64,000 nt of DNA from Candidatus Bathyarchaeota archaeon. GTDB taxonomy: Archaea > Thermoproteota > Bathyarchaeia > Bathyarchaeales > Bathycorpusculaceae. Of this stretch, positions 29,119-38,262 are shown piece after piece (the stretch's first letter is position 1; each line of letters opens with the position of its first letter). The stretch is from the NCBI GenBank assembly GCA_963702095.1, contig OY969706.1:2688001-2752000 (forward strand). Direction: 5' to 3'. Under the pieces are notes generated by a model. The model ran no database searches. It had not been told where the DNA came from and saw only the letters and a list, made by a program, of their open reading frames with translations. The translations under genes were made by a program, and so were the position numbers.

Positions 29119-30255
29119 ATGGGAGATGTTGGCAAACCTTTTATCATCAGTTCTAAATTTAAGAGGCTAATACTAGTTACAACTCTGATTGGCTACGCAG
29201 CACTGATTTTTTATCTCCTCTACGTCGTGGGTATAACCCAGCTAATCAGTGTCATCCAAGAAGCAAACCCAGCATTCTACCTGATAGCCATTCTAAGTCT
29301 CATCGTTTCTATATTCTTCAACACTATCGTTTGGCGTCAACTTCTCAGTTCCCTTCAAATCAAAATTAGCCTGGGCAGGGCATTCAAACTGTACTGGGTC
29401 GGCATATTTGTAGACAACCTCATTCCCGGCGGCTGGTCAGGCGACCTCTTCAAGGCTTACCTGCTAAACAAGGACCCAAACATACAAAGCGGCAAAGCAG
29501 TCGCGTCTGTAGTCGCCAAAAACATGTATGAAGCCATATTCAACCTCGGCGGCATGATAATTGCACTTGCCCTTCTGCTATTGAACTACCGCTTGGAAAC
29601 TTCGCTGCTGATAGGTTTAGGCGGCATAATGCTGCTTCTCACGTTGCCGCTGGTAGCGCTGTTGCTAGCCAGTTTTAAACCAGTAGCAGCCAAAAAACTT
29701 GTAGGCCAATTCTTCAACGCATTAAGACGCATCTACAAAAACCCAGCCACTCTCACCAGCGTTGAAGACAAAGTGGACAAAGCCTTAGGCGACTACCACG
29801 ACGGCATGAATATCCTGCTTAAGAACCCCCACATGCTCATTAAACCCGTCATCTTCTCTTTTCTAGGCTGGTGCTTCGAAATCATCACCCTGCTCTTCGT
29901 GTTTGCTTCGCTTGCACAGTTAATTCCAATAGACAAAGTCATAATTGTTCACTCAATCGCAGGCAATGTGGAAGCGCAAGGATACGCTTTTATCGGCTAT
30001 GCCCAGATCATAACCAGCGAAATCTACCGTGCACTCGGCGTATCCTTTGCCGTCGGTGCTTCGGTGGCGCTTTTGGGTGGTGTTGTGATTTTCTTTTTGA
30101 AAACTGCCATTGCCTATACCACATTCCACTTTACCGTCATCTCGCCTAGAAACGGCAATCACCAGAAGGGCAGCGTGCAAAGTTCCACTTCAAAAGGCGA
30201 AGTGAAAGTTAACCAGCCGTTGTCTCCTGAGCAGGAAAATATAGAAGCGACATAG
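29119..30255 (+). CDS. lysylphosphatidylglycerol-synthase TM/UPF0104 flippase-like protein
   Basis: Multi-TM; GIFVDNLIPGGWSGDLFKAYLL signature. Confidence 0.8.
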   Translation: MGDVGKPFIISSKFKRLILVTTLIGYAALIFYLLYVVGITQLISVIQEANPAFYLIAILSLIVSIFFNTIVWRQLLSSLQIKISLGRAFKLYWVGIFVDNLIPGGWSGDLFKAYLLNKDPNIQSGKAVASVVAKNMYEAIFNLGGMIIALALLLLNYRLETSLLIGLGGIMLLLTLPLVALLLASFKPVAAKKLVGQFFNALRRIYKNPATLTSVEDKVDKALGDYHDGMNILLKNPHMLIKPVIFSFLGWCFEIITLLFVFASLAQLIPIDKVIIVHSIAGNVEAQGYAFIGYAQIITSEIYRALGVSFAVGASVALLGGVVIFFLKTAIAYTTFHFTVISPRNGNHQKGSVQSSTSKGEVKVNQPLSPEQENIEAT

Positions 30256-30382
30256 TTACTAGGAGAGTTAGTCTTGGTTGACCATTGCGGAAATGTTTAT
30301 TTCTGATGTTTTAGGGGTTCTAAAGATAAATACTTAATAGAGAGAGCATCCAAGTTGATACTCCGCTGGAGAGTAAATAAGA

Positions 30383-30787
30383 ATGGCAAAGTTCAAAGTC
30401 ATAGTTTCCGACCCTCAATCGGGAGCATCCAAAGTTGTAGAGCTTGAAGAAGCACGCGCAAGCCCCTTCATCGGAAGAAAAATAGGCGACACATTAGACG
30501 GCACAGTCGTCGATTTACCAGCACACAAAGTGCAAGTCATGGGCGGCTCAGACAACGACGGCATCCCCATGCGCCCAAACGTTCACGGCGGTATACGCCG
30601 AAGCGTCGTTATCAGCGGCGGAGCAGGCTTTAGCCCCAAAAGGAAAGGCGAACGCAAACGCAAAACTGTCCGCGGCGACACAATTACAGACGAAATCGGA
30701 CAGATTAACATGAAAATCGTGGAGCGACCAGCCGGAGCAGCGCCGATTCCACTACCGGCTAAGCAGGTGCAGGCGCCTCAACAATAA
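30383..30787 (+). CDS. rps6e: 30S ribosomal protein S6e
   Basis: FKVIVSDP, GGSDNDGIPMRP, GERKRKTVRG. Confidence 0.96.
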   Translation: MAKFKVIVSDPQSGASKVVELEEARASPFIGRKIGDTLDGTVVDLPAHKVQVMGGSDNDGIPMRPNVHGGIRRSVVISGGAGFSPKRKGERKRKTVRGDTITDEIGQINMKIVERPAGAAPIPLPAKQVQAPQQ

Positions 30788-30880
30788 TTTTCTGTTGCAG
30801 TGCATGCTTAAACCTTATAAACAGCCATCCTCAATTCCTTTTATTCAGTCCAGTGTTTATCTAAAGAGAAGAAGAATACT

Positions 30881-32128
30881 ATGAGTAACGCATCTAAGGC
30901 CCTTCCAAAACAGCCAGAAGTCAACATCGGCACCATTGGGCATGTTGACCACGGCAAAACCACCCTTGTCCAAGCTTTATCTGGCACATGGGCTTCACGG
31001 CACAGTGAAGAACTCAAACGCGGCATCACCATTAAACTGGGCTACGCTGACATGCCCATCTACAAATGCCCCAAATGCCCTCCGCCAAAGAACTTCACGA
31101 TTCACCCAGTCTGCGAAGGGTGCGGCACACAAGCCGAGTTCGTCCGCGCAATCAGCTTCGTCGATGCCCCCGGCCACGAAGCGTTGATGGCAACTATGCT
31201 CTCAGGCGCAGCCATCATGGACGGCGCGATACTTGTCATCGCAGCAGATGAACCCTGCCCCCAGCCTCAGACGCGTGAACATCTTGCAGCTGCTGAAGTC
31301 AGCGGCATCAAAAACATCATTGTTGTACAGAACAAAATCGACATCGTTGACCAGAAACGGGCAATGGAGAGTTACAAGGAAATCAAGGCTTTTGTGAAAG
31401 GCACAGTAGCAGAGAACGCCCCCATTATCCCGATTTCGGCGCAGCGGAACATAAACATCGATGTGCTCCTAGACGCCATACAAGCAATCATTCCTACACC
31501 GCACAGGGACCCGAACTTGCCGCCGCTTATGTACATTATCCGCTCCTTTGACATCAACAAGCCAGGCACAACCATCGAGGAATTGGGAGGCGGCATCATC
31601 GGCGGCACCATTGCACAGGGCAAATTCGTCGTCGGAGAAGAAATCGAAATCCGCCCAGGCATCATGTCGGAACGTGAAGGCAAAACCGTTTATGACCCAC
31701 TCGTCAGTGAAATCGTCAGCCTCCACGCCGGCGAACAAAGCGTTAAAGAAGCCACATGCGGCGGACTCGTCGGCGTCGGCACACTGCTCGATCCCTCTTA
31801 CTCCAAAGCAGACGGTTTAACAGGCAGCATCGCAGGCAAAACCGGTCAACTGCCCCCTACAGTGACAGAGCTAACGCTGGAAACACATGTCTTAGAACGC
31901 GTCGTCGGCACCAAAGAACTGCAGAAAGTGGAAAAAATTAATCCGGACGAGGCGTTGCTGCTTCACATCGGCGCCGCAGTGAACGTGGGCAAAGTTATCT
32001 ACATCAAACAGAACACCATAAAAGTGAAACTGACACGGCCCATCTGTGCGTTGCCAAATTCAAGGGTTGCCATCAGCAGAAAAATCACTGCAAGGTGGAG
32101 ACTCATCGGATACGGACTCATAAAATAA
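30881..32128 (+). CDS. eif2g: translation initiation factor 2 gamma subunit
   Basis: GHVDHGKTT, RGITIKLGY, DAPGH, NKID, RWRLIGYG. Confidence 0.97.
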   Translation: MSNASKALPKQPEVNIGTIGHVDHGKTTLVQALSGTWASRHSEELKRGITIKLGYADMPIYKCPKCPPPKNFTIHPVCEGCGTQAEFVRAISFVDAPGHEALMATMLSGAAIMDGAILVIAADEPCPQPQTREHLAAAEVSGIKNIIVVQNKIDIVDQKRAMESYKEIKAFVKGTVAENAPIIPISAQRNINIDVLLDAIQAIIPTPHRDPNLPPLMYIIRSFDINKPGTTIEELGGGIIGGTIAQGKFVVGEEIEIRPGIMSEREGKTVYDPLVSEIVSLHAGEQSVKEATCGGLVGVGTLLDPSYSKADGLTGSIAGKTGQLPPTVTELTLETHVLERVVGTKELQKVEKINPDEALLLHIGAAVNVGKVIYIKQNTIKVKLTRPICALPNSRVAISRKITARWRLIGYGLIK

Positions 32129-32139
32129 AAAATGTCTGT

Positions 32140-32278
32140 TCTGCTTGCGGGTTACGCTCAAGCAGTCTGCAAGTCCCCCCTGCAAGCCTGAACCAAAAAA
32201 GCAAACCACCCCAAAGTCCCCGAGAAGAAGATGAATAAGGGCAGCATTCTCTTCTTCTTAACTAGAAAAACAGAAACT
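32140..32278 (+). repeat. intergenic repeat copy, M3+M4
   Basis: ttctgcttgc...cagtctgcaa...tgcaagcctgaaccaaaaaagcaa...gaagaagatgaataagggcagcattctcttcttc. Confidence 0.7.
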
Positions 32279-32279
32279 G

Positions 32280-32717
32280 TTAGTCTTTCACTAACCCTTT
32301 CTTTAACAGGAAATCATGCGCTTTCAGCAGGGTTTCTTTGGCGTTTTTAAAAGTCAATTTTTCTAGCGCATGCTGATAGTCCAGCCAGATAAAACCAATA
32401 TGCTCAAAGGATATTGTGACTTCATCAGTTTGGGATTCAATAAGGTAAAAAACAACTTCTTTGTTGATTGTTAAGCCTTGTCGCCGATAGAAGTAGCTGA
32501 TGGATTCGCGGAAGCCATCTATGAATTGAGCCTCGGTTATCCCTGTTTCCTCTTGCATCTCACGTGTAACCGTTTGTTTCTCGGTTTCGTTTGGTTCCAC
32601 GTTGCCTTTAACGAAGTCCCAGTGTCCTGCAGTGTAATTTAGCATTAAATAGCGAGTTTTCTCTTGATTGTTAATGTATATCACTGCGCCACAGGACTTT
32701 TCACGGAGCACAATCAA
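32280..32717 (-). CDS. NUDIX hydrolase (Ap4A hydrolase-like)
   Basis: EKSCGAV, WDFVKG, GNVEPNETEKQTVTREMQEETG Nudix box. Confidence 0.9.
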   Translation of the reverse strand: MIVLREKSCGAVIYINNQEKTRYLMLNYTAGHWDFVKGNVEPNETEKQTVTREMQEETGITEAQFIDGFRESISYFYRRQGLTINKEVVFYLIESQTDEVTISFEHIGFIWLDYQHALEKLTFKNAKETLLKAHDFLLKKGLVKD

Positions 32718-32823
32718 TCACCAATCTGCTGAAAATCATGAATTCTTAATATTTAAATTAATACCAAACTAAATCCAACTCAGCCGCATAAAACCTTTAA
32801 GTCCCACAAAACAACCTTATCCA

Positions 32824-33258
32824 ATGGAGCCTGCCATGACGGCGTCGCCAAACAAAAGCTGCCCAATCAAAGTTATTTTGGATTCAAACGCATTGTTTGT
32901 GACGCTGGAGTTTAAGATGGATATCTTTGAGGAAACCCGGCGCCTACTTGGCAGAAATGTTGAGTTCATTTTGCTCTCGCCAGTTAAAGCTGAGTTGGAG
33001 TTGCTTGCATCCAAAGAAGCATCTAAGACGCGGCGGCAAGCCAGTTTTGCGTTGCGGTTGGCTGAGAAATGCAAGTTTGTAACTGTGGAGGGCGGGGGCA
33101 AAGAGACAGACAACGTTATTGTCGAGGTGGCTAAGAACTGGGGCGCCCCCGTTTTTACCAATGATAGAGTTCTCCGGAGGAGGCTAAGAGATATAAGTGT
33201 GCCAGTGATTTATCTGAGACAAAAATCACGTCTAGACATTGACGGGTTGATATCGTAG
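32824..33258 (+). CDS. PIN-domain protein (Fcf1/Utp24-like)
   Basis: VILDSN, TNDRVLRRRL, conserved position before rpoE. Confidence 0.85.
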   Translation: MEPAMTASPNKSCPIKVILDSNALFVTLEFKMDIFEETRRLLGRNVEFILLSPVKAELELLASKEASKTRRQASFALRLAEKCKFVTVEGGGKETDNVIVEVAKNWGAPVFTNDRVLRRRLRDISVPVIYLRQKSRLDIDGLIS

Positions 33259-33846
33259 ATGTTCAAACTGATTACTCTTCAAGATACTATTCGCATCCCG
33301 CCCGATACCTTCGGCAACCCACTGGAGAAAGTGGGCCGCGACCAAGTAAAACAGAAGTACGAGGGCATAGTGGATGAAGAATTAGGCTACGTCATCGCCG
33401 TAACCGGCATACAAGTTAGCCCCATAGGAAAAATCATTCCAGGCGACGGCGCAACCTACCACAAAGTGAACTTTTCACTCTTAGCCTTCTACCCAATCAT
33501 ACAGGAAGTCGTTGAAGGCGACGTCGTGGAAATCGCTGATTTCGGCGCATTCGTCCGCATTGGACCAGTTGACGCCCTACTCCACGTCTCCCAACTAATG
33601 GACGACTACATAAGCTATGACGAAAAACAAGGCGTCTTACTGGGCAAAGAATCCAAACGTAAACTGAGTTCAGGCGACCAAGTCCGCGTCCGCATAACCG
33701 CGGTTTCACTGGGCAGAGCAGGCAGCAGCGGCAAAATCGGCGTCACTGCACGTCAACCCTTCTTAGGCAAGCTAGACTGGCTCAAGATGGACCAAGGCAA
33801 AGAAGGCCAAGAAAAGAAGCTTGAAACCCCAAAAACAGAGGCATAG
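33259..33846 (+). CDS. rpoE1: RNA polymerase subunit Rpo7 (E')
   Basis: RIPP..FG, PGDGA, FGAFVRIGPVDALLHVSQ. Confidence 0.96.
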   Translation: MFKLITLQDTIRIPPDTFGNPLEKVGRDQVKQKYEGIVDEELGYVIAVTGIQVSPIGKIIPGDGATYHKVNFSLLAFYPIIQEVVEGDVVEIADFGAFVRIGPVDALLHVSQLMDDYISYDEKQGVLLGKESKRKLSSGDQVRVRITAVSLGRAGSSGKIGVTARQPFLGKLDWLKMDQGKEGQEKKLETPKTEA

Positions 33847-33859
33847 AGGAGAAAATTAA

Positions 33860-34045
33860 ATGAGTGAAAAAGCATGCACTAACTGCCATTTCATAACCAA
33901 AGAGAACGTTTGCCCCAAATGCAGATCCACAAACTTCAGCGAAGACTACAGTGGCTTAGTTGTTATGTTTGATCCTGAGCACTCTGCCATCGCTAAAGCC
34001 ATGAACATCAAAGAAAAAGGCAGATACGCGCTTAAAGTGCGTTAA
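33860..34045 (+). CDS. spt4: transcription elongation factor Spt4 (RpoE2)
   Basis: ACTNCH..CPKC..DPEHSAIAK..GRYALKVR. Confidence 0.93.
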   Translation: MSEKACTNCHFITKENVCPKCRSTNFSEDYSGLVVMFDPEHSAIAKAMNIKEKGRYALKVR

Positions 34046-34096
34046 CACGGTAGCTTCTTAAGCTATCTGATGCTTTCTATTTTGGCGGGTCAACAG

Positions 34097-34624
34097 ATGA
34101 AAGTAGCCTACAATCTTACGCCGAGATTACGGGTTTTTCTCAAAGAACCATTCGGCACACTGATCGAAGGCACCCCACAGGTAACCATGGCAAAACTCAG
34201 AGAGAGGATACAGAAAGAAAAGCCGCCAGAGTTGATTTCGGTAGGCGATATAGTTTCCCAAAACCTCCATGGAAGCGGCTTGAATCCACAGCTAACAGTA
34301 GTCGACTACATTTCGCTCCGAAACCAAGCCATGCCAAAACAGTCCCCAGTAGAAAAAACAGTTTACGTGCAGAATCCTCAGGGAGCCATAACTGAGGAAG
34401 CCATCGGAGTGATCGAGGAGGCTTTGCGGTCGGGTGCACATACCCATGTTGTGGTAGAGGGGGAAGAGGACTTGCTTACTCTTATCGCGGTTTTGTATGC
34501 GGCGGAGAACTCTTTTGTGGTTTATGGGCAGCCTCATTGTGGCATAGTAGTCGTTAAAGTGTCAAATGAGAAGAAAGCTCAGGTAAAAGAGTTCCTAAAA
34601 GAGATGAAAGCTTCGAAAAGCTAA
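34097..34624 (+). CDS. GTP-dependent dephospho-CoA kinase (DUF359)
   Basis: LKEPFG, VGD, NPQGAI, GEEDLL, YGQP. Confidence 0.9.
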   Translation: MKVAYNLTPRLRVFLKEPFGTLIEGTPQVTMAKLRERIQKEKPPELISVGDIVSQNLHGSGLNPQLTVVDYISLRNQAMPKQSPVEKTVYVQNPQGAITEEAIGVIEEALRSGAHTHVVVEGEEDLLTLIAVLYAAENSFVVYGQPHCGIVVVKVSNEKKAQVKEFLKEMKASKS

Positions 34625-34668
34625 ATAAGAAGAATACTGTTTGAATTTACGCCTTAAAGTGAACGTTA

Positions 34669-34980
34669 ATGCAGATCAAAATAGAATCAACCAAGCAGAA
34701 TCCGCTTCTCAAACGGACAGAGGTAGGTTTCACGATAATTCAGGGTCCAAAAGAGAAAACGTCCCCCCGGTTGGAAGCTAAGAAAGCCGTTGCCGTAGAA
34801 ATGAAGGTTGGCGACGACGTCGTTGTCATCAAACACATGCGCACCAAAACAGGAACCAGCATCACAGTGGGAGTTGCCAACGTCTATCAATCCGTTGCTC
34901 AAGTTAAACTAGTGGAACCCGAATACATTCGCAAACGGAACAGTCCACCAGAAAAACCTAAAGAAGAGGCGACCGCATAA
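34669..34980 (+). CDS. rps24e: 30S ribosomal protein S24e
   Basis: NPLLKRTEV, EPEYIRKRN, synteny. Confidence 0.93.
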   Translation: MQIKIESTKQNPLLKRTEVGFTIIQGPKEKTSPRLEAKKAVAVEMKVGDDVVVIKHMRTKTGTSITVGVANVYQSVAQVKLVEPEYIRKRNSPPEKPKEEATA

Positions 34981-35243
34981 TGGCACCAGCCCCAAAAAAA
35001 GAAGAACCAGCAGCAGCTAAACCTGCAGAAGCAGCGGCGCCAGCAAAGAAAGCCGAAAAAGGCAAAGCTGAAAAGAAACACAAAGAAGAAAGTGGCGTCA
35101 AAGCTATGTACAAAGTTGAAGGCACAAAGATTTCTCGTGCACGCCCAACCTGTGAACGTTGTGGTCCAGGCTACTTCATGGCAGACCATCATGACCGATA
35201 TACTTGCGGTCACTGTGGCTTCACACGGTACAAGCAGAAATAA
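34980..35243 (+). CDS. rps27ae: 30S ribosomal protein S27ae with Ala/Lys/Pro-rich N-terminal extension
   Basis: CERCGPGYFMADHHDRYTCGHCG. Confidence 0.95.
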   Translation: MAPAPKKEEPAAAKPAEAAAPAKKAEKGKAEKKHKEESGVKAMYKVEGTKISRARPTCERCGPGYFMADHHDRYTCGHCGFTRYKQK

Positions 35244-35288
35244 GCAGTTTTAAATTCTGCCTCTGCACTATTTCTCTTTTGATCAATC

Positions 35289-35720
35289 ATGCTTCGAGTA
35301 AACGTTGTTGTTTCAAGCATCTCAGCGGAACGTTACTGGGACATCCGCAAACCGGTACCGCCTATCCAGATCAACACCAACATTAACGTGGTGGGCATGG
35401 AGAAGAAGCCAGATGAATCCATAGAAGTGCCCTTTGTACTCACCATAGTTTACAACCCATCCATTGCCCAGATGACGCTGAAAGGCAACGCCTACGTTGT
35501 CGGCGAAAAAAGCGAAGTTGACAAAGTCCTAAAAGACTTTGAACAGAAAAAACCGCCTGCCCAAATAATCATCCAGTCAATCTCCAATGTCGTATTCATA
35601 GAGTCCGTACTGATTTCTCGTACCCTAAACATTCCGCCGCCGATTCCACTACCAATGATTCCTGAAGCAGGAACAAAACCACAGGGCGCAAAGCCCGAAG
35701 GCAGGGACTACAGCCGCTAA
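35289..35720 (+). CDS. archaeal hypothetical protein (beta-rich, possibly SecB-like fold)
   Basis: Alternating beta pattern, LKGNAYV, LNIPPPIPLP tail. Confidence 0.7.
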   Translation: MLRVNVVVSSISAERYWDIRKPVPPIQINTNINVVGMEKKPDESIEVPFVLTIVYNPSIAQMTLKGNAYVVGEKSEVDKVLKDFEQKKPPAQIIIQSISNVVFIESVLISRTLNIPPPIPLPMIPEAGTKPQGAKPEGRDYSR

Positions 35721-35785
35721 AAGAAATCGGTGATTGCTGCTGGTTTAGACTCGACATGCACACCCTTTTTATTGCTTCTTGCATT

Positions 35786-35900
35786 GGTTTGCTGGGGCTC
35801 TGGAACCCGTTTAATGAAGATAAGAGTGGAAAATGCAACTAAACCATTCTTCTACAACCGCGGCTACGTTAGTTATATCCAGAACCCACTCAGCCCACAT
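35786..35900 (+). mobile_element. 115-bp MITE-like element, copy 1
   Basis: 114/115 identical to 38081-38195; imperfect terminal inverted repeats GCTG(A/G)GGCTCTGGA ... TCCAGAACCCACTCAGC. Confidence 0.7.
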
Positions 35901-36218
35901 GCCTTTTTCCGCTGCCAGCAATACCGATTCTCTAATTTGTTGCCGTTAGGTCGTTAGCTAATCCATTTTTGGGTATGGCTTTTTCAATGACAAAATTCGT
36001 TTTTAGATATGGAGCAGTGGTTTGTTTGAGATGTGGCTTATAGCTGGCGTTTTTGGTTTGTTATGTTAACTTTTTGTTTGGTTTTTTTCTGTGGTTAGAT
36101 TGCTTATAGGACGGTTTGGGTTTTTGGGGTGTTGGAGTCGATTTTTCGAGTGGGCAATGATAGTGCCCGCTTGCATTGTGCTGATCATTGCTGTTACTGC
36201 CACGCTAAGAAAGCAAAT

Positions 36219-36489
36219 GATACATGCTTTCACACACACATCCAGTCCGGCCCCTGCATGGAACCATGTACCGCGTGTGGAAAAAAACGCATTTCTCACA
36301 CTGAAACAGACGCTAAAAAACGTTGCAACCACAAAAAGCAACCGCATTCAATTGCAGTCTTGTGGCATGCCGTAAACCGCCACCCCCACATAAAGACAAA
36401 GATGATCTCAGTCTCTTAGGGGGACGCTGGAAGCAGCAAACCGCTGGTTGTTGTTGTGTATGGGGAGTTTTCGGCAACAACTACTAATA
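36219..36489 (+). repeat. repeat module M1 copy B (36219-36396) followed by hairpin M2 (36446-36489)
   Basis: Most similar to reverse complement of 54121-54297; then GTTGTTGTTGTGTATGGGGAGTTTTCGGCAACAACTACTA. Confidence 0.85.
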
Positions 36490-36506
36490 AAAAAAGCCGA
36501 AGGCAG

Positions 36507-38000
36507 CTACAAGAAACCTTTGAAGCGTCTAGCCGCTGCATCCACGATTTTGAATTCAACTGGAAAACTAAAGTATCGGTGCTTCCAGCGGTACCGTGCC
36601 ATCTGATTCATCAGTGCATAGGCAAATTTGAAGGCTAAGGCGCGTTCCCTTATCCTTGCCTGAGGGTAGAAAGCAATACGCGTAACCGCGGAGATGGTGT
36701 GCAGTTTTTGGTTTTGCGCTTTTGTGTGCCAGGGCGGGTCAAAGTGAAAGACGTTGATGTTGCCCCATTCCTCCAGCGTCTGTGGCGCCGTAAACTCGGA
36801 GGGCAAAGAATCCATAACTGGACTTGGAAAAGGCGTGTAAACAAAGATCCCATAGTGCTGAGTTTTAGGGTTAATTTGGCTCATTTTATCCATTAAATCA
36901 AACGTTTCGGTTAGGTCCCCGTCGGTTTCGGTTGGCAAGCCACTCATCCATGACACGTAAGGCTCAATCGAAGGCGCAAACCGCCTCAGGTTCTCGAGGG
37001 ACTGCAACATCTCGTCAGCCGTTACATCTTTGCAAATCAACGTTTGTAGGCGCTCCGAGCCGGATTCCCCGCCAAAATCCAGTTCTACGCATCCTGCTTT
37101 CTCAAGCAACTCCAAGAAATCCTTGCTGTAGTTGGCTAAATAGTCGAATCTGCAGTTAGCTCGCCATTGCACCCCGAGGTTTCTATCCAGTAAGCCTTGG
37201 CAGATTTGTTTAACGCGGTATTCATCGACGAAAAAGTTGTCGTCTATGGGATCGATTATTTTTATGTGTGGATATTTTTGTATGACCCATTGGATTTCAT
37301 CTAGGACTCGGTTGGGACTTTTCCCCCGCCATTTGGTGTGGTTGAATCGAGAGTTGTAGCAGAAACCGCATCTGTGGGGGCAGCCACGGCTGGTTTGGAT
37401 GTGGAAACGTCCTGCTCTAAAAGACGGATACCGATCTAGGAGGAGAAGGTCATAGGGTAAATTCAAGGGTATATCGTCGAGATTGATTACTTTTCCATCA
37501 GGAGTGCTTTTGATTGTTTCGTTCACTTTATAGGTTAAACCTAAAACCTCATCTAGCGGCTGGTCTTCTAAAAGGGCGTCGGCAAGGTCTTTGACGACTA
37601 ATTCACCCTCGCCGCGAACCACTATGTCGACGTATTCGTTGCTTGCCGTTTGCTCTGGCAGCAATGTAGGGTGGACGCCGCCCCAAACGATGGGAACATA
37701 GGACGCCTGCAAACGCACGTACCTTGCAAATTCGAGGGCATATCTTATCTGTTGGCCACTCATGGCGCTTATACCCACAAAGAGGGAACTGCCGACGTTG
37801 TAGTGTCGGTAGTCTTCTAGGCGCATGTCAAGCAGGCGAACTTTGTAGCCTTCTTGCTGCAACGAAGAAGCCAAGTAGAGGAGGGCAAGTGGAACTTGAG
37901 GGTCTGAGGCACGGTATTTGCCGGGGTAGACTAGGAGAATCTCCTGATTACCGTTAGAGTTAGTGCATGAACGTGAAGAACATGATTGAGCGCTGAACAA
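36507..38000 (-). CDS. B12-binding radical SAM protein (class B methyltransferase-like); start uncertain
   Basis: PLALLYLAS, WGGVHPT, GEGE, TSRGCPHRCGFC, DDNF, GGESGS, GLPTET. Confidence 0.9.
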   Translation of the reverse strand: MFSAQSCSSRSCTNSNGNQEILLVYPGKYRASDPQVPLALLYLASSLQQEGYKVRLLDMRLEDYRHYNVGSSLFVGISAMSGQQIRYALEFARYVRLQASYVPIVWGGVHPTLLPEQTASNEYVDIVVRGEGELVVKDLADALLEDQPLDEVLGLTYKVNETIKSTPDGKVINLDDIPLNLPYDLLLLDRYPSFRAGRFHIQTSRGCPHRCGFCYNSRFNHTKWRGKSPNRVLDEIQWVIQKYPHIKIIDPIDDNFFVDEYRVKQICQGLLDRNLGVQWRANCRFDYLANYSKDFLELLEKAGCVELDFGGESGSERLQTLICKDVTADEMLQSLENLRRFAPSIEPYVSWMSGLPTETDGDLTETFDLMDKMSQINPKTQHYGIFVYTPFPSPVMDSLPSEFTAPQTLEEWGNINVFHFDPPWHTKAQNQKLHTISAVTRIAFYPQARIRERALAFKFAYALMNQMARYRWKHRYFSFPVEFKIVDAAARRFKGFL

Positions 38001-38080
38001 AAACCGAAAAAGCCTCTAGAAACACTATTCGAAACAGCACTATTAACCGTTACTCAAAACCGACGTCTGCACATATAGAG

Positions 38081-38195
38081 GGTTTGCTGAGGCTCTGGAA
38101 CCCGTTTAATGAAGATAAGAGTGGAAAATGCAACTAAACCATTCTTCTACAACCGCGGCTACGTTAGTTATATCCAGAACCCACTCAGCCCACAT
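38081..38195 (+). mobile_element. 115-bp MITE-like element, copy 2
   Basis: Direct repeat of 35786-35900 with one mismatch. Confidence 0.7.
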
Positions 38196-38262
38196 TTCTT
38201 CTTCTCTTATGCTTTGTTCCCAAAAAAAGGGGAAGGAAAATGTTTTGTTGGTTTATGCATGC

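Noticed and set aside
35730-36419. ORFs 35730, 36066, 36091, 36129 (also 42037, 42051, 54078, 54170) as genes
   Set aside because: They are different frames and strands over the same repeat elements; only the short shared CxxC frame is retained as a hypothesis.
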